This document shows positions 36,672 to 47,611 of a stretch of DNA of 64,000 nucleotides, piece by piece. The stretch comes from Clostridiales bacterium (GTDB taxonomy: Bacteria; Bacillota; Clostridia; Oscillospirales; Acutalibacteraceae): positions 26,202 through 90,201 of the forward strand of contig DAISMS010000002.1 in NCBI GenBank assembly GCA_036831405.1. Direction: 5' to 3'. A program made the translations under genes and the position numbers. Every line of letters starts with the position of its first letter. Within the stretch, counting starts at the first letter, position 1. Under the pieces are notes generated by a model. That model was not told the DNA's origin and did no database searches. It was given only the letters and a program-made list of their open reading frames with translations.

Positions 36672-37130
36672 ATGCGTTTAAGTGATGAGATTGCAGCCTA
36701 TATTCTTAATATGCTAGAGTGTGCGGATGACGGAGAAGCCGAGCTTAGAAGGAACGAATTGGCTGAAGAGCTGGGTTGTGTTCCAAGCCAAATTAATTAT
36801 GTTCTGACCTCGCGCTTTACACCCGAGCAAGGGTATATTATCGAAAGCAGAAGGGGCGGCGGAGGCTATATTCGCGTTCGCCGTGTAAAGCTCGGCAGGG
36901 GGACATCTCCGCTTATGCATACTGTTAATGCGGTCGGGCATACCCTCAATTCGGCAACCGCCCAGGCCATTGTTGAAAATTTGATGTATCAGAAGATGAT
37001 TTCGGAAACTGCGGCGCGTGTTTTGCTGGCAGCTTTGTCGGACCAAGGTTACCGCGATGTTCCGCCCGAGTATCGTGATATGCTTCGCGCAAGCCTTCTC
37101 AAGCAGATGCTTACCGCTTTAATTACTTAA
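36672..37130 (+). CDS. ctsR: class III stress-gene repressor CtsR
   Basis: LGCVPSQINYVLTSRFTPEQGYIIESRRGGGGYIRV is the CtsR signature. ATG 36672 follows AGGAGA. Confidence 0.9.
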   Translation: MRLSDEIAAYILNMLECADDGEAELRRNELAEELGCVPSQINYVLTSRFTPEQGYIIESRRGGGGYIRVRRVKLGRGTSPLMHTVNAVGHTLNSATAQAIVENLMYQKMISETAARVLLAALSDQGYRDVPPEYRDMLRASLLKQMLTALIT

Positions 37131-37168
37131 TTTAAGTTTTATATCTAACGATGAAAGGATGAACGATT

Positions 37169-37675
37169 ATGTTGTGTCAAAATTGCGAAAAACGTACGGC
37201 AACAACCTTTATTAAAAAAACAATAAACGGAAAAACAACGCAATGGCATCTTTGTGCCGAATGCGCCGCCAAGCAGGGATTTGATTCCATGTTTAACGGG
37301 GTGGGATTTGACCTTGGAGATTTTTGGGGCAGCCTATTTGCTGAGCCGTCTGCACGTTCAATTACAGATGCGGTTCGGTGCAAGGGCTGCGGACATAGCT
37401 TTCGAGAAATTGCCGAATCGGGTAAGGCAGGCTGTCCTACATGTTATACAACTTTTTATGACCGCCTTCTTCCATCGATTCAGCGGATCCATGGCAAAAC
37501 AGGACATACAGGGAAGGTTCCGAACAGCGGCGGCATCCAGCTAAAAAATGAAAGAGAGCTTGACCGTCTGCGCAAGGAGCTGACAGACTGCATTGCGGCG
37601 CAGCAGTATGAAAAGTGCGCGTCGCTGCGTGATCGCATACATGAAATCGAAAAAGAGGAGAATCCGGAGCAATAA
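37169..37675 (+). CDS. mcsA: McsA (zinc-finger / UVR-domain activator of McsB)
   Basis: CQNCE...CAEC and CKGCG...CPTC zinc-finger pairs plus a C-terminal UVR motif (LRKELTDCIAAQQYEKCASLRDRIHEIE). Confidence 0.85.
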   Translation: MLCQNCEKRTATTFIKKTINGKTTQWHLCAECAAKQGFDSMFNGVGFDLGDFWGSLFAEPSARSITDAVRCKGCGHSFREIAESGKAGCPTCYTTFYDRLLPSIQRIHGKTGHTGKVPNSGGIQLKNERELDRLRKELTDCIAAQQYEKCASLRDRIHEIEKEENPEQ

Positions 37676-37715
37676 CCTTCCGGTTACGTTAAGCCAGAAA
37701 GGAATGGTGAACAAT

Positions 37716-38759
37716 ATGTATAATAAATCTGCGAAATGGTACCAAAAAAGCGGCACTCAAGGAGATGTCGTCATCAGCACCCGTGTGCGGCTGGCACGAA
37801 ATTTAAGCAGCGTTCCTTTTCCCGCGGGACTGAGCGCCGAACGCAGGAACGAGGTAACCCAAAGAACCCGGGAAGCATTGAAAGAGAGCGACAGAGCGGG
37901 AGACTATGATTTTCTTGAAATGGAAAACATGGAAACCAGAGATGCTCTCTCAATGGTAGAACGGCACCTAATCAGTCCGGAGTTTTCCAAGTGCGACAAA
38001 GGCAGCGCAATGCTGCTCAAAAAGGATGAGAGCGTAAGCGTTATGATCAATGAAGAGGATCATCTCCGCATTCAGGTGATGCGCCCCGGACTGGATCTGG
38101 ATGAAGCTTACAAAATTGCCGATGAAATCGACACGCTGCTTGATGAAAAGCTGAAATTCGCCTTTGACGATAGACTGGGATACCTTACGCAATGCCCCAG
38201 CAACCTCGGAACCGGAATGCGGGCGTCCATCATGCTTCACCTGCCCGCCTTGCATGAGCGGGGAGCAATCCAGCAGTTGGCAAATACGGTTTCTAAACTA
38301 GGGCTTACCATCAGAGGGCTGTACGGCGAGGGCAGTAAGCCGGAAGGGGCAATTTATCAGCTTTCCAACCAGGTTACTCTCGGTATTTCCGAGCAGGCTG
38401 CAATTGAAAATTTGAAAGGAATTGCGGCTCAAATTATTCGTGAGGAACGTGCCGGGCGGGAACAGCTTCGCCGCAACCCGCGTTTTGAAGATATGGTTTG
38501 GCGTTCGCTCGGGCTGCTCCAGACGGCAAGACTTTTGTCTCATGACGAGTTCATGACGTTGATTTCAAACCTTCGTGTCGGCGTGGCACTTGGTATTGTG
38601 GAAGGAATCAGTCTTGACACATTGAGCGGGCTAATCAGCGACGCACAGCCCGCAACCATTATGGCGGCTGCGAGAAAGGATATGGAGCCTGCTCAACGAG
38701 ATGTGGAACGTGCAAGCATGGTGAGATCGCGGCTTACCCGTACCGGAGAACTTTCATAG
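37716..38759 (+). CDS. mcsB: protein arginine kinase McsB
   Basis: VISTRVRLARNL, EEDHLRIQ and CPSNLGTGMRASIMLHLPAL guanido-kinase motifs. The start (37704 or 37716) is uncertain. Confidence 0.9.
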   Translation: MYNKSAKWYQKSGTQGDVVISTRVRLARNLSSVPFPAGLSAERRNEVTQRTREALKESDRAGDYDFLEMENMETRDALSMVERHLISPEFSKCDKGSAMLLKKDESVSVMINEEDHLRIQVMRPGLDLDEAYKIADEIDTLLDEKLKFAFDDRLGYLTQCPSNLGTGMRASIMLHLPALHERGAIQQLANTVSKLGLTIRGLYGEGSKPEGAIYQLSNQVTLGISEQAAIENLKGIAAQIIREERAGREQLRRNPRFEDMVWRSLGLLQTARLLSHDEFMTLISNLRVGVALGIVEGISLDTLSGLISDAQPATIMAAARKDMEPAQRDVERASMVRSRLTRTGELS

Positions 38760-38828
38760 AAACCTAAGATATTTTATCGATAAAAGATTGTTGGTCACAA
38801 GGGCGACTGATATTGCCCTCATAAAAAA

Positions 38829-38878
38829 GGTTTTATGTCCTTTGGGGGACATGAAATCCGGAAAGGACATGGATTATT
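38829..38878 (+). promoter_or_regulatory. conserved hairpin leader element, copy 3 (mcsB-clpC spacer)
   Basis: GGTTTTATGTCCTTTGGGGGACATGAAATCCGGAAAGGACATGGATTATT lies directly before the clpC ATG at 38879. Confidence 0.45.
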
Positions 38879-41347
38879 ATGTATCGTTTTAAAGGATTTA
38901 CCGAAAAAGCAAATACAGCTCTAAATCTTGCGATTCAAGCAGCCCAGGAACTTGGCCATACTTATATCGGAACCGAGCATCTTGTACTGGGGCTCCTCCG
39001 TGAGGGAACCGGTGTTGCGGCTTCGGTTATGGGCACAAGAGGGGTAACAGCCGCCCAGTATCAAGAGGCAATTTCCCATGCTGAATCGTCGGGTGAGCCC
39101 AACAGACTGTCTCCCGAGGATTTTACACCCCGCGCAAAAAAAGCCATGGAGATGGCTATGAGTGAAGCCGCTGCTATGCAGCACGGATATGTAGGAACAG
39201 AGCATATTTTGATGGCAATCCTGCGTGATGAAAGCAGTGTTGCGGTTCGTCTGCTTGCTGCGCTCGGCGCAAGAACCGATGATCTGTTCGGAGATATCTC
39301 ACAGGCGATTGGGATGAGTACCCCTCAGACTGCATCCGAAGGAATTCGCGGAGGAAGATCCAATGTGGCAAGATCAGGCGGCAAAACCCCGACGCTTGAC
39401 CAGTTCGGACGCGATTTAACGCAGTATGCCCGTGAAGGCAAGCTTGATCCGGTTATTGGGCGCGCCAACGAGATAGAACGCGTGATTCAGATTTTATCAC
39501 GCCGTACAAAAAACAATCCCTGCCTGATTGGCGAACCGGGTGTCGGTAAAACCGCGATTGCAGAAGGTCTTGCACAGAAGATCGCTTCGGACGAAGTGCC
39601 CGAGCTGCTGCATGGCAAGCGGGTTGTGACACTTGACTTGACCGGGATGGTAGCAGGTACAAAATACCGTGGCGATTTTGAAGAGCGGATTAAGAATGCA
39701 ATCGATGAGGTAATCAAAGCCAAAGACGTCGTTTTGTTTATTGATGAGATTCATACGCTAATCGGAGCGGGTGCCGCCGAAGGCGCAGTCGACGCTGCCA
39801 ATATACTAAAGCCATCTCTGGCGAGGGGCGAGCTGCAGATCATTGGTGCAACCACCCTTGATGAATATCGGAAGCATATTGAAAAGGATGCTGCACTGGA
39901 ACGGCGCTTCCAGCCGGTTACGGTAGGAGAACCCACTTCGGAAGAGGCGGTGCAGATTCTTCGCGGACTACGCGATAAATATGAAGCGCATCATAAGGTT
40001 AAAATTATCGACCAGGCGATTGAAGCGGCTGTCCGGTTGTCGGTACGTTATATTTCCGACCGCTATCTGCCCGACAAGGCGATTGACCTTGTGGATGAGG
40101 CGGCTTCCAGAGTACGCCTGCGCGCTTTTACACCGCCCCCTGATTTAAAGAGGCTTGAAGACGAGGTCAAGCGGTTGGATGAGGAAAAGAAATCAGCCGT
40201 TAACGAGCAGGATTTTGAACGTGCTGCCCGTCTGCGCGATCAGCAGAAGATTGTCGAGGAAAATCTAAAATCCATGAAAAATGAATGGCAGGAAAAGAAT
40301 TCGGGTATCACCGGTCAGGTGAACGAGCATGAAATTGCCGAGATTGTATCAAGCTGGACGGGCGTGCCTGTTGTACAGCTTACCGAAGAGGAAGGGCAAC
40401 GACTGCTTCGCATGGAGAATATTCTCCATGAACGGATTGTAGGTCAGAATGAAGCGGTAACCGCCGTTTCAAAAGCGATACGGCGCGGAAGAGTGGGGCT
40501 TAAGGATCCAAAGCGTCCCACCGGTTCATTCATTTTCCTCGGCCCGACGGGTGTTGGCAAAACTGAGTTATGTAAGGCGCTGGCAGAGGCGATGTTTGGA
40601 GACGAGGACGCCATGATTCGACTGGATATGTCTGAATATATGGAAAAGCATTCGGTATCCCGCCTTGTAGGCTCACCTCCCGGATATGTCGGCTATGATG
40701 AGGGAGGACAGCTCACCGAGAAAATCCGACGCAAGCCTTACTCCGTTTTATTGTTTGATGAAATTGAAAAAGCTCACCCCGATGTGTTCAATATGCTGCT
40801 CCAGATTCTTGAGGACGGTATACTGACCGATGCACAGGGAAGAAGAGTCGATTTTAAAAACTCCATCATCATCATGACGTCAAATGTCGGCGCAAGACTG
40901 ATCACCGAAAAGCACAGTCTCGGCTTCGGAGATGCGGGGCGTGGGGAGAGCGATGAAGCCGATCAGAAGAGGATACGTGACAATGTTATGGGCGAGCTGA
41001 AACGTGCCTTTCGTCCCGAGTTCCTCAACCGGGTGGACGATATTATTGTTTTCAGCAAGCTTTCCCAGAAGGATATACAGGAGATTGCCCGCCGTATGCT
41101 CAGCCAGCTTGACAAGCGATTGGCCGATATGGACATACGCGTTTCGGTGACCGATGAAGCGGTTGAGCAAATTTCTAAAGAAGGATTTGATCCGGTTTAC
41201 GGAGCTCGTCCGCTCCGTCGCGCCATTCAGTCCAAGATTGAGGATGCCATGGCGGAAAGTCTGTTGGAAGGCAAGTTTAAAGCCGGAAGCAATATTGTGG
41301 TCGATGCGGATGAGAACGGATTTGTATTCAAAAGCAGCGATGAATGA
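38879..41347 (+). CDS. clpC: ATP-dependent Clp protease ATP-binding subunit ClpC
   Basis: Clp N-repeats, two AAA+ modules ([16 protein letters not shown]) and a UVR linker; 822 aa. Confidence 0.95.
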   Translation: MYRFKGFTEKANTALNLAIQAAQELGHTYIGTEHLVLGLLREGTGVAASVMGTRGVTAAQYQEAISHAESSGEPNRLSPEDFTPRAKKAMEMAMSEAAAMQHGYVGTEHILMAILRDESSVAVRLLAALGARTDDLFGDISQAIGMSTPQTASEGIRGGRSNVARSGGKTPTLDQFGRDLTQYAREGKLDPVIGRANEIERVIQILSRRTKNNPCLIGEPGVGKTAIAEGLAQKIASDEVPELLHGKRVVTLDLTGMVAGTKYRGDFEERIKNAIDEVIKAKDVVLFIDEIHTLIGAGAAEGAVDAANILKPSLARGELQIIGATTLDEYRKHIEKDAALERRFQPVTVGEPTSEEAVQILRGLRDKYEAHHKVKIIDQAIEAAVRLSVRYISDRYLPDKAIDLVDEAASRVRLRAFTPPPDLKRLEDEVKRLDEEKKSAVNEQDFERAARLRDQQKIVEENLKSMKNEWQEKNSGITGQVNEHEIAEIVSSWTGVPVVQLTEEEGQRLLRMENILHERIVGQNEAVTAVSKAIRRGRVGLKDPKRPTGSFIFLGPTGVGKTELCKALAEAMFGDEDAMIRLDMSEYMEKHSVSRLVGSPPGYVGYDEGGQLTEKIRRKPYSVLLFDEIEKAHPDVFNMLLQILEDGILTDAQGRRVDFKNSIIIMTSNVGARLITEKHSLGFGDAGRGESDEADQKRIRDNVMGELKRAFRPEFLNRVDDIIVFSKLSQKDIQEIARRMLSQLDKRLADMDIRVSVTDEAVEQISKEGFDPVYGARPLRRAIQSKIEDAMAESLLEGKFKAGSNIVVDADENGFVFKSSDE

Positions 41348-41364
41348 TGCCGCACTTTCTATCG

Positions 41365-41406
41365 AAAAACTACTTGCGGGCTAGACAATGCTCGCAAGTA
41401 GTTTTT
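41365..41406 (+). terminator. intrinsic terminator of clpC
   Basis: AAAAACTACTTGCG / CGCAAGTAGTTTTT 14-bp stem followed by a T-run. Confidence 0.8.
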
Positions 41407-41539
41407 CTTCTGATTTCGCATATTTATAAGAGCGAGATAACCCTGTTTCTATGAATATGCCATGAACCGCATGATGGTTTATCCAAAATTTCCGGCAATA
41501 TTTCTGCGTTATTTTATGTCTCATAAAGGTTTAGATTAC

Positions 41540-41656
41540 TTGACATTTATTTTTTGGCATGTTACAATGTCGAATGCCGCATGTTCCGGGCATGTAAGTG
41601 GGTGTTTGCCCCGCCTATAACAGCGAGTCCTAAAGAAAAGCAGGTGCTTTCCACAA
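41540..41656 (+). promoter_or_regulatory. sigma-A promoter plus rplU leader (possible L21-leader RNA)
   Basis: TTGACA (41540), then 17 nt, then TACAAT (41563), then a roughly 85-nt GC-rich structured leader before rplU. An L21 leader motif is known in Firmicutes, but I cannot verify the fold by eye. Confidence 0.5.
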
Positions 41657-42013
41657 ATGTATGCCATTATTGAAACCGGAGGCAAGCAGTACAAGGTGCA
41701 GAGCGGCGATGTTCTGTACATTGAAAAGCTGGATGCCGCCGAGGAATCTACAGTCACATTTGAAAATGTGATTGCTCTCCACAACGACAAAACGCTCAAG
41801 CTGGGCAAGCCCAACATTAAGGGTGCCAGCGTTGAAGCGCGTGTGCTGAAAAACGGAAAAAGCAAGAAGATCACCGTTTTCACCTATCGCCCCAAGAAGG
41901 GAAGCAAGCGCAAGATGGGCCATCGTCAGCCCTATACAAAGGTGCAGATTGAAACCATCCACGCCAAAGCCCCTAAGGCAAAGGCTGAAGAAAAGGCCAA
42001 TGACGCGGAGTAA
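41657..42013 (+). CDS. rplU: 50S ribosomal protein L21 (with a Lys/Ala-rich C-terminal tail)
   Basis: [25 protein letters not shown] is the canonical L21 N-terminus. Confidence 0.9.
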   Translation: MYAIIETGGKQYKVQSGDVLYIEKLDAAEESTVTFENVIALHNDKTLKLGKPNIKGASVEARVLKNGKSKKITVFTYRPKKGSKRKMGHRQPYTKVQIETIHAKAPKAKAEEKANDAE

Positions 42014-42326
42014 GTTTTTTATAAGGCAGGGCATTCTGGTCGGTTTTGAATTGAGAGGTCATTCAGGCTTCGGATGTTTTGGCAGAGACATTGTCTGTGC
42101 AGCGGTGTCATCCGCAGCGCTGATGACTGCCAATACCATTACCGAGATTATGGGTGTACCGGCTGATATTCAGGAGCGCGAGGGTTTTCTCCGGGTTATA
42201 CTGACCGACAGCCAAGCCAATCGTTGCCGTGATGTTCTGGAAGGCTTTCGCCTGCATCTAGCAGAAATGCAAAAACAGTACCCACACAATATCAAGGTGA
42301 TTTACGGAGGTGTAACAAATGCTTAA
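42000..42326 (+). CDS. prp: ribosomal-processing cysteine protease Prp (YsxB family)
   Basis: [19 protein letters not shown] motif. Lies between rplU and rpmA. The start is uncertain; ATG 42000 overlaps the rplU end. Confidence 0.8.
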   Translation: MTRSKFFIRQGILVGFELRGHSGFGCFGRDIVCAAVSSAALMTANTITEIMGVPADIQEREGFLRVILTDSQANRCRDVLEGFRLHLAEMQKQYPHNIKVIYGGVTNA

Positions 42327-42603
42327 AATAAACATTCAGCTTTTTGCTCATAAAAAGGGCGTCGGCTCTACAAAAAACGGACGCGATTCCGAATCAAAGC
42401 GTCTCGGTGTCAAGCGCGCCGACGGTCAGTTTGTGCTGGCTGGTAATATCCTTGTTCGCCAGCGGGGCACACACATCCATCCGGGTGACGGTGTCGGCAT
42501 CGGTTCCGATGATACCTTGTTTGCGCTGGTTGACGGGAAAGTCAGATTTCAGCGTATGGGCAAGGATCGCAAGCGTGTTTGCGTATATGCTGCGGAGCAA
42601 TAA
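42319..42603 (+). CDS. rpmA: 50S ribosomal protein L27 with an N-terminal Prp-cleaved extension
   Basis: [32 protein letters not shown], a Firmicutes-type propeptide ending in F before AHKK. Confidence 0.95.
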   Translation: MLKINIQLFAHKKGVGSTKNGRDSESKRLGVKRADGQFVLAGNILVRQRGTHIHPGDGVGIGSDDTLFALVDGKVRFQRMGKDRKRVCVYAAEQ

Positions 42604-42634
42604 TGTTTGCACCGCTATATGCCTTTTGAACCGT

Positions 42635-42664
42635 ATCCCCGCCGCTTCAGGCGGGGATTTTTTT
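42635..42664 (+). terminator. intrinsic terminator after rpmA
   Basis: ATCCCCGCC-gcttcag-GCGGGGAT followed by TTTTTTT. Confidence 0.85.
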
Positions 42665-42811
42665 AAACATTTCTTTTTGGAAGAATATGTTGCCAAACCG
42701 ATTGATTTTCTCGTAAAAAATCTGGGTATTCTATAAGGTGAACGAATTTTCCAGCGTTTAATGCAGACTGTGGACACTACAATCGAATCCCTTATACTTA
42801 AGGAGCCGCAT

Positions 42812-44086
42812 ATGTTTATTGATACAGCGATAATTAAAATAAAAGCCGGAGACGGGGGAGACGGCGCAGTTTCCTTTCACCGTGAAAAATATGTTGCCGC
42901 CGGAGGTCCCGATGGCGGAGACGGCGGACAGGGCGGTAATGTGGTATTTACTGTAGATGATGGTATAAATACTCTTTCAGACTTCCGTTATCAAAGAAAA
43001 TTCTTGGCTGAAAACGGAAAACCGGGCGGACGCAAGCGCTGTTTTGGAAAGGCCGGCGGCGACATTATCATACCGGTTCCGCGTGGGACATTGGTTTATG
43101 ACAATCAAAGCGGACGTCTGATGGCAGACATTTCGGGGGATGAACCGTTTATTGCTGCAAAAGGTGGCCACGGGGGTTGGGGCAACAGTCATTTTGCAAC
43201 CCCGACAAGGCAGGTTCCACGCTTTGCAAAGCCGGGTATACCGGGGGAGTCATATGAGATAAGGCTGGAACTCAAGCTGCTGGCCGATGTCGGACTGGTG
43301 GGATTCCCCAATGTCGGGAAATCCTCGCTGCTTGCTGTAGTAAGCGAGGCCCGCCCTGAAGTGGCAAACTATCATTTCACCACCATAACTCCTGTTTTGG
43401 GTGTTGTCAGAGTATCCGAAGGGGTATCCTTCGTCATGGCGGATATTCCCGGCATTATTGAAGGCGCAAGTCAAGGCACGGGACTGGGTCATGATTTTCT
43501 GCGACATGTCGAGCGCTGCCGTCTGCTGATTCATGTTGTGGATGTTTCGGGCAGCGAAGGACGTGATCCGCTGGAGGATATTGCTGCCATCAACAAAGAG
43601 CTACGCGAATTCAACCCTGAGCTGGCGTCCCGTCCTATGATTATTGCCGGCAACAAATGTGATCTCACCGATGATCAATCGGTTGAAAGGGTTGCCGCCG
43701 CTGTGCGTGAGCAGGGTTATGAATTTTTCCCTATGATGGCAGCAATTGCACATGGTACCGATGCGCTAATAAAAAAATGTGCCGAGCGTTTGTCCAAGCT
43801 GCCGCCCATCAAGGAATACACACCCGAGCCTGTTCTCGCACCCGACATTGAGTCTGTGCGGGATCGCAGCGTGAACATTTCAAGGCGTGATGACGGCGCT
43901 TATGTTGTCGAGGGTGAGTGGCTTCTCCGTTTCCTGCGGGGCGTCAACATGGACGATTATGACAGTCTGCAATATTTTCAGCGTATTCTGCAGACCAGCG
44001 GTGTAATCGACTCGCTTCGAAATGCAGGAGTAACAGACGGTGACACCGTCAGCATCTTCGATTTTGAGTTTGATTTTGTAGAATAA
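42812..44086 (+). CDS. obg: GTPase Obg/CgtA
   Basis: MFIDTAIIKIKAGDGGDGAVSFHREKY, Gly-rich Obg fold, GFPNVGKSSLL, DIPG, NKCD. ATG 42812 follows AAGGAG. Confidence 0.95.
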   Translation: MFIDTAIIKIKAGDGGDGAVSFHREKYVAAGGPDGGDGGQGGNVVFTVDDGINTLSDFRYQRKFLAENGKPGGRKRCFGKAGGDIIIPVPRGTLVYDNQSGRLMADISGDEPFIAAKGGHGGWGNSHFATPTRQVPRFAKPGIPGESYEIRLELKLLADVGLVGFPNVGKSSLLAVVSEARPEVANYHFTTITPVLGVVRVSEGVSFVMADIPGIIEGASQGTGLGHDFLRHVERCRLLIHVVDVSGSEGRDPLEDIAAINKELREFNPELASRPMIIAGNKCDLTDDQSVERVAAAVREQGYEFFPMMAAIAHGTDALIKKCAERLSKLPPIKEYTPEPVLAPDIESVRDRSVNISRRDDGAYVVEGEWLLRFLRGVNMDDYDSLQYFQRILQTSGVIDSLRNAGVTDGDTVSIFDFEFDFVE

Positions 44087-44148
44087 GGATATGTTTCCCC
44101 TGATTGAATGGGGCGACGTGTTTTTCCCGGAAAGGTATGGTTTATGAT

Positions 44149-44526
44149 ATGAAACGACTGGTTCCCTATGATGTGGATGTTCGTATACTAAGCCCATTGA
44201 CGCTTGCTTTTGTCGGAGACGGGGTATATGAGCTGATGGTACGGGAAACACTGGCGTGTCAAGCAAACCGCCCCAACGGCGAGCTGCACAAAATGTCTGT
44301 TGCGATGGTGCGTGCCGAGGCACAATCGGCGGCAATGGACGTTATTATGCCCTTGCTTAGCGAAGAGGAGGCTGCCGTCTATCGAAGGGGGCGCAATGCG
44401 CATACCCAGCGCGCAGGCGGGGATTATCACCGCGCGACAGGGCTGGAGGCTTTGTTTGGGTATCTCTACTTAACCGGAGACATTGAAAGACTTCGGGTAC
44501 TTTTCGATGCGGTTCACCGAACGTAA
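44149..44526 (+). CDS. mrnC: mini-ribonuclease III
   Basis: LSPLTLAFVGDGVYELMVRE and RRGRNA motifs; 125 aa from ATG 44149. Confidence 0.8.
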   Translation: MKRLVPYDVDVRILSPLTLAFVGDGVYELMVRETLACQANRPNGELHKMSVAMVRAEAQSAAMDVIMPLLSEEEAAVYRRGRNAHTQRAGGDYHRATGLEALFGYLYLTGDIERLRVLFDAVHRT

Positions 44527-44727
44527 CAGCCGCCCTACATCATCTAAATATATTAAATTTTTTTATACTGACAAAGCCCGCCGAAACGGCGGGCTTTGTC
44601 AGTAGTCTGACCACTTACAGTATAATCTATAAGTGGTGTTTGCTATCTAAAATTTCAGCCAAATTGTGTTATACACCTTGTTTATGGCAACAATATTGAT
44701 TGTATAAAGAAAATTCAGGCATAAGGA

Positions 44728-45603
44728 ATGATAGAGTTGATGCGAGATAACAGCAAAGTTCTGCGCGCGCTTACCGATGGGCTGTTTTATTTTGTAGGCA
44801 GTGCATTTTATGCACTGGCGGTGGTTATATTTATCTCACCCAAAAATATATCACCCGGCGGACTGACAGGCGTTGCCATGCAGATTAATTATCTGACGCC
44901 AATTCCAATCGGAATTGCAATCCTAGCCATGAATATTCCCCTTATGCTTGCGGCATGGCGAAGAATCGGATTTGACTTTACGGTTCGCACTTCGGTCTGT
45001 ATCTTGATATCTTCGTTAATGATTGACTTGTTTGAGATATATATCCCGCCTTTTCACGGAGATATTATACTGACTGTTATTTTCGGCGGCGTTTTTTCGG
45101 GTGTCGGTCTGGGATTGATCTATATGCGCGGAGGCACAACGGGGGGCAGCGAGCTAATCGCCCGACTGATTGGGCAAAAGCTCCAACATGTTCCCGTGGG
45201 ACGTCTTCTCCTGCTTGTGGATGCAGTGGTGGTAGCAAGCGCAGCGGTTGTTTACCGCAACATTGAAAGCGCACTTTACGCCATTATTCTGATCTTTATT
45301 ACTACGGTGCTGATGGATGCCTTGATTTATGGAAAGAACAAGGGAAAAATGCTGTTGATTGTCACAAAATATGAGTATCAGTCAGCAACTGAAATCATGC
45401 AGAAAATGCGGCGAGGTGTTACCATCCTGAAAGGGGTTGGCGCCTATTCGGGCAAGGATACACAGGTTCTGTTGTGCGCCGTACGCCCATCCGAGGTCTA
45501 TACCCTTCGCACCCTTGTCTATGATATTGACCCGTCGGCATTTATTGTGGTTTTGTCAACCGATGAGGTACTCGGTGAGGGCTTCCTTCCGCTAGGCAAA
45601 TGA
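44728..45603 (+). CDS. YitT-family membrane protein (DUF2179 C-terminal domain)
   Basis: FYFVGSAFYALAVVIFISPKNISPGGLTGVA pattern, five to six TM segments, and a soluble C-terminal domain. Confidence 0.8.
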   Translation: MIELMRDNSKVLRALTDGLFYFVGSAFYALAVVIFISPKNISPGGLTGVAMQINYLTPIPIGIAILAMNIPLMLAAWRRIGFDFTVRTSVCILISSLMIDLFEIYIPPFHGDIILTVIFGGVFSGVGLGLIYMRGGTTGGSELIARLIGQKLQHVPVGRLLLLVDAVVVASAAVVYRNIESALYAIILIFITTVLMDALIYGKNKGKMLLIVTKYEYQSATEIMQKMRRGVTILKGVGAYSGKDTQVLLCAVRPSEVYTLRTLVYDIDPSAFIVVLSTDEVLGEGFLPLGK

Positions 45604-45674
45604 GATCCGGCTTCATAGGTCTAATAGATTTTCTTTGCCCAACAAAAATCATAATGTAATAAAGGAACAATACT

Positions 45675-46658
45675 ATGTCGTCAAAATCCACATTTAACCG
45701 CATGACAAAAATATTTAACTCTGCGCCGGAGATCGCCTTTGACAATTCATCCAAGCTGGTTTTGCTGAGCGACTGCCACCGGGGAGACGGAAGCTGGATT
45801 GACGATTTTATGCACAATCAAAATCTCTACTATGCCGCCGTCAGATATTATTTCAACAACGGATTTACCTATTTTGACTTGGGTGACAGTGATGAGCTGT
45901 GGAAAAATAAAAAGTTCTGTGAAATAAGCAGTGTATACCCTGATATTTTTCGCCTGCTCCATGACTTTTATAAGCAGGGGCGATATCATCTGGTTTATGG
46001 AAACCATGATATGGTAAAAAGGTATTCTCACTTTGTGAACAATCATCTGGAGAGCTATTATAACAGCTACAATGATAGCTTTGAGCCTCTGCTTGAAGAG
46101 ATTGTCCCACATGAGGGATTGATTCTCAAGCATGCCGAAACCGGAACGAAATTTTTACTGATACATGGGCACCAGGGCGATTTCATTAGTGATATATTCT
46201 GGAAGCTGGGAAGGTTTCTCTCCAGATATTTATGGAAAAGGCTGGAGCTGTTTGGACATAAGGATATCACCAGTGCGGCCAAAAATTATGCCATCAAGAA
46301 AAAGGTGGAAAGAAAAATTCAGGAATGGATCAAAGTGAATCAATATGCCGTAATTGCAGGGCATACCCACAGACCCGCCTGTCCTCCTTCAAAGGAATTA
46401 CCGTATTTCAATGTGGGAAGCTGTGTGCATCCCACCTGTATCACCGGAATTGAAATTGTCAATGCCGAGATAACGCTGATTAAATGGATGGTAAAAACAG
46501 ATGGCGATCGGGCCTTGTATATTGACAGGGAGCCGATCGCCAAACCCAGAAAAATCATTAGGGAAGAGCTAAATCATTTTGGTCGTAAGCTTAAACAGGA
46601 AAATATGCCCGGCGATGGCGACCAGGACTGCATCGAGCAGACAGACCAGATACGGTAG
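45675..46658 (+). CDS. calcineurin-like metallophosphoesterase
   Basis: LLSDCHRGDG, DLGDSDELW, GNHD, IHGHQGD and GHTHRP motifs. Paralog of 53424-54320. Confidence 0.75.
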   Translation: MSSKSTFNRMTKIFNSAPEIAFDNSSKLVLLSDCHRGDGSWIDDFMHNQNLYYAAVRYYFNNGFTYFDLGDSDELWKNKKFCEISSVYPDIFRLLHDFYKQGRYHLVYGNHDMVKRYSHFVNNHLESYYNSYNDSFEPLLEEIVPHEGLILKHAETGTKFLLIHGHQGDFISDIFWKLGRFLSRYLWKRLELFGHKDITSAAKNYAIKKKVERKIQEWIKVNQYAVIAGHTHRPACPPSKELPYFNVGSCVHPTCITGIEIVNAEITLIKWMVKTDGDRALYIDREPIAKPRKIIREELNHFGRKLKQENMPGDGDQDCIEQTDQIR

Positions 46659-46680
46659 TACGCAGCTGCCGAGTTTCTTT

Positions 46681-47169
46681 CTAGGGTGAAGGAATTTTAT
46701 ATTTCCGTACCCCGTCGTGCTTCTTCCTTTGGATTGCCCGGCTGAAATCAAATCCCAGCACATTCCCGTCTGGAAAAAGATCGGCGAGGGGGACAAGCAC
46801 AAACCCGCGTTCCCCCATTCTCGGGTGGGGAAGCGTCAGCTCGCTGTGATTCAAAGTGATGTTTTCATACACCAGAAGATCAATATCAATCACCCGGGGG
46901 CCGTTTTGGAATTGACGTACCCGTCCCAGCGCTGCTTCAATGCCGAGGCAGGCGCCCAGCAGTGCATGCGGTGTAAGCTGCGTTTCTATAATGGCGGCGG
47001 CGTTGAGAAACAGCGGCTGGTCGGCAAAGCCTACCGGCTCAGTTTCATAGATGTCGGAGATCTTTAAGCAATTTGTGTGCGGCAGCAAGGAAAGCGACCG
47101 GATCGCCCCACGGATATTTTTTTCCCGATCACCGAGATTGCTTCCCAGCGATAAAACAGCGCGACTCAT
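46681..47169 (-). CDS. folK: 2-amino-4-hydroxy-6-hydroxymethyldihydropteridine pyrophosphokinase
   Basis: AVLSLGSNLGDREKNI and PRVIDIDLL motifs. Confidence 0.9.
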   Translation of the reverse strand: MSRAVLSLGSNLGDREKNIRGAIRSLSLLPHTNCLKISDIYETEPVGFADQPLFLNAAAIIETQLTPHALLGACLGIEAALGRVRQFQNGPRVIDIDLLVYENITLNHSELTLPHPRMGERGFVLVPLADLFPDGNVLGFDFSRAIQRKKHDGVRKYKIPSP

Positions 47170-47534
47170 TCCATCCCCTCCCGTGTACGGGTGATTTCAA
47201 CTCCGACATAGTCAAAATCTGCTTTCATGGGTGCCTCGGGTTTTTTAAGCAAAACCGTCACCGTCTCAACCGGATAATTTTGAAGTATCGCATCCGCCAC
47301 TTGCGTTGCGGCACGTTCAATTAAATCATATTTCTCCGCCTGCATTACGGCAACCACCAGCTTTGATACCTTGGCATAGTTTATGGTTTGATTCAGGTCG
47401 TCTGTTTGTCCGGCTTTTGACAGATCCACCCACAGCGTGATGTCCAGCTCAAACATCTGCCCGTTTTGCTTTTCCTCAGGATTTACCCCATGATATGCAA
47501 AAACCCGCAGCCCTTTTATCAGGATTTTATCCAT
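47166..47534 (-). CDS. folB: dihydroneopterin aldolase
   Basis: MDKILIKGLRVFAYHGVNPEEKQNGQMFELD; 122 aa; overlaps the folK start. Confidence 0.9.
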   Translation of the reverse strand: MDKILIKGLRVFAYHGVNPEEKQNGQMFELDITLWVDLSKAGQTDDLNQTINYAKVSKLVVAVMQAEKYDLIERAATQVADAILQNYPVETVTVLLKKPEAPMKADFDYVGVEITRTREGME

Positions 47535-47611
47535 TGCCTATCACTCGCTTTCTTTTTATGCGGATCATAATATATTCTTCTACATCTCCCAATTTGTATA
47601 ATATTGGATAA

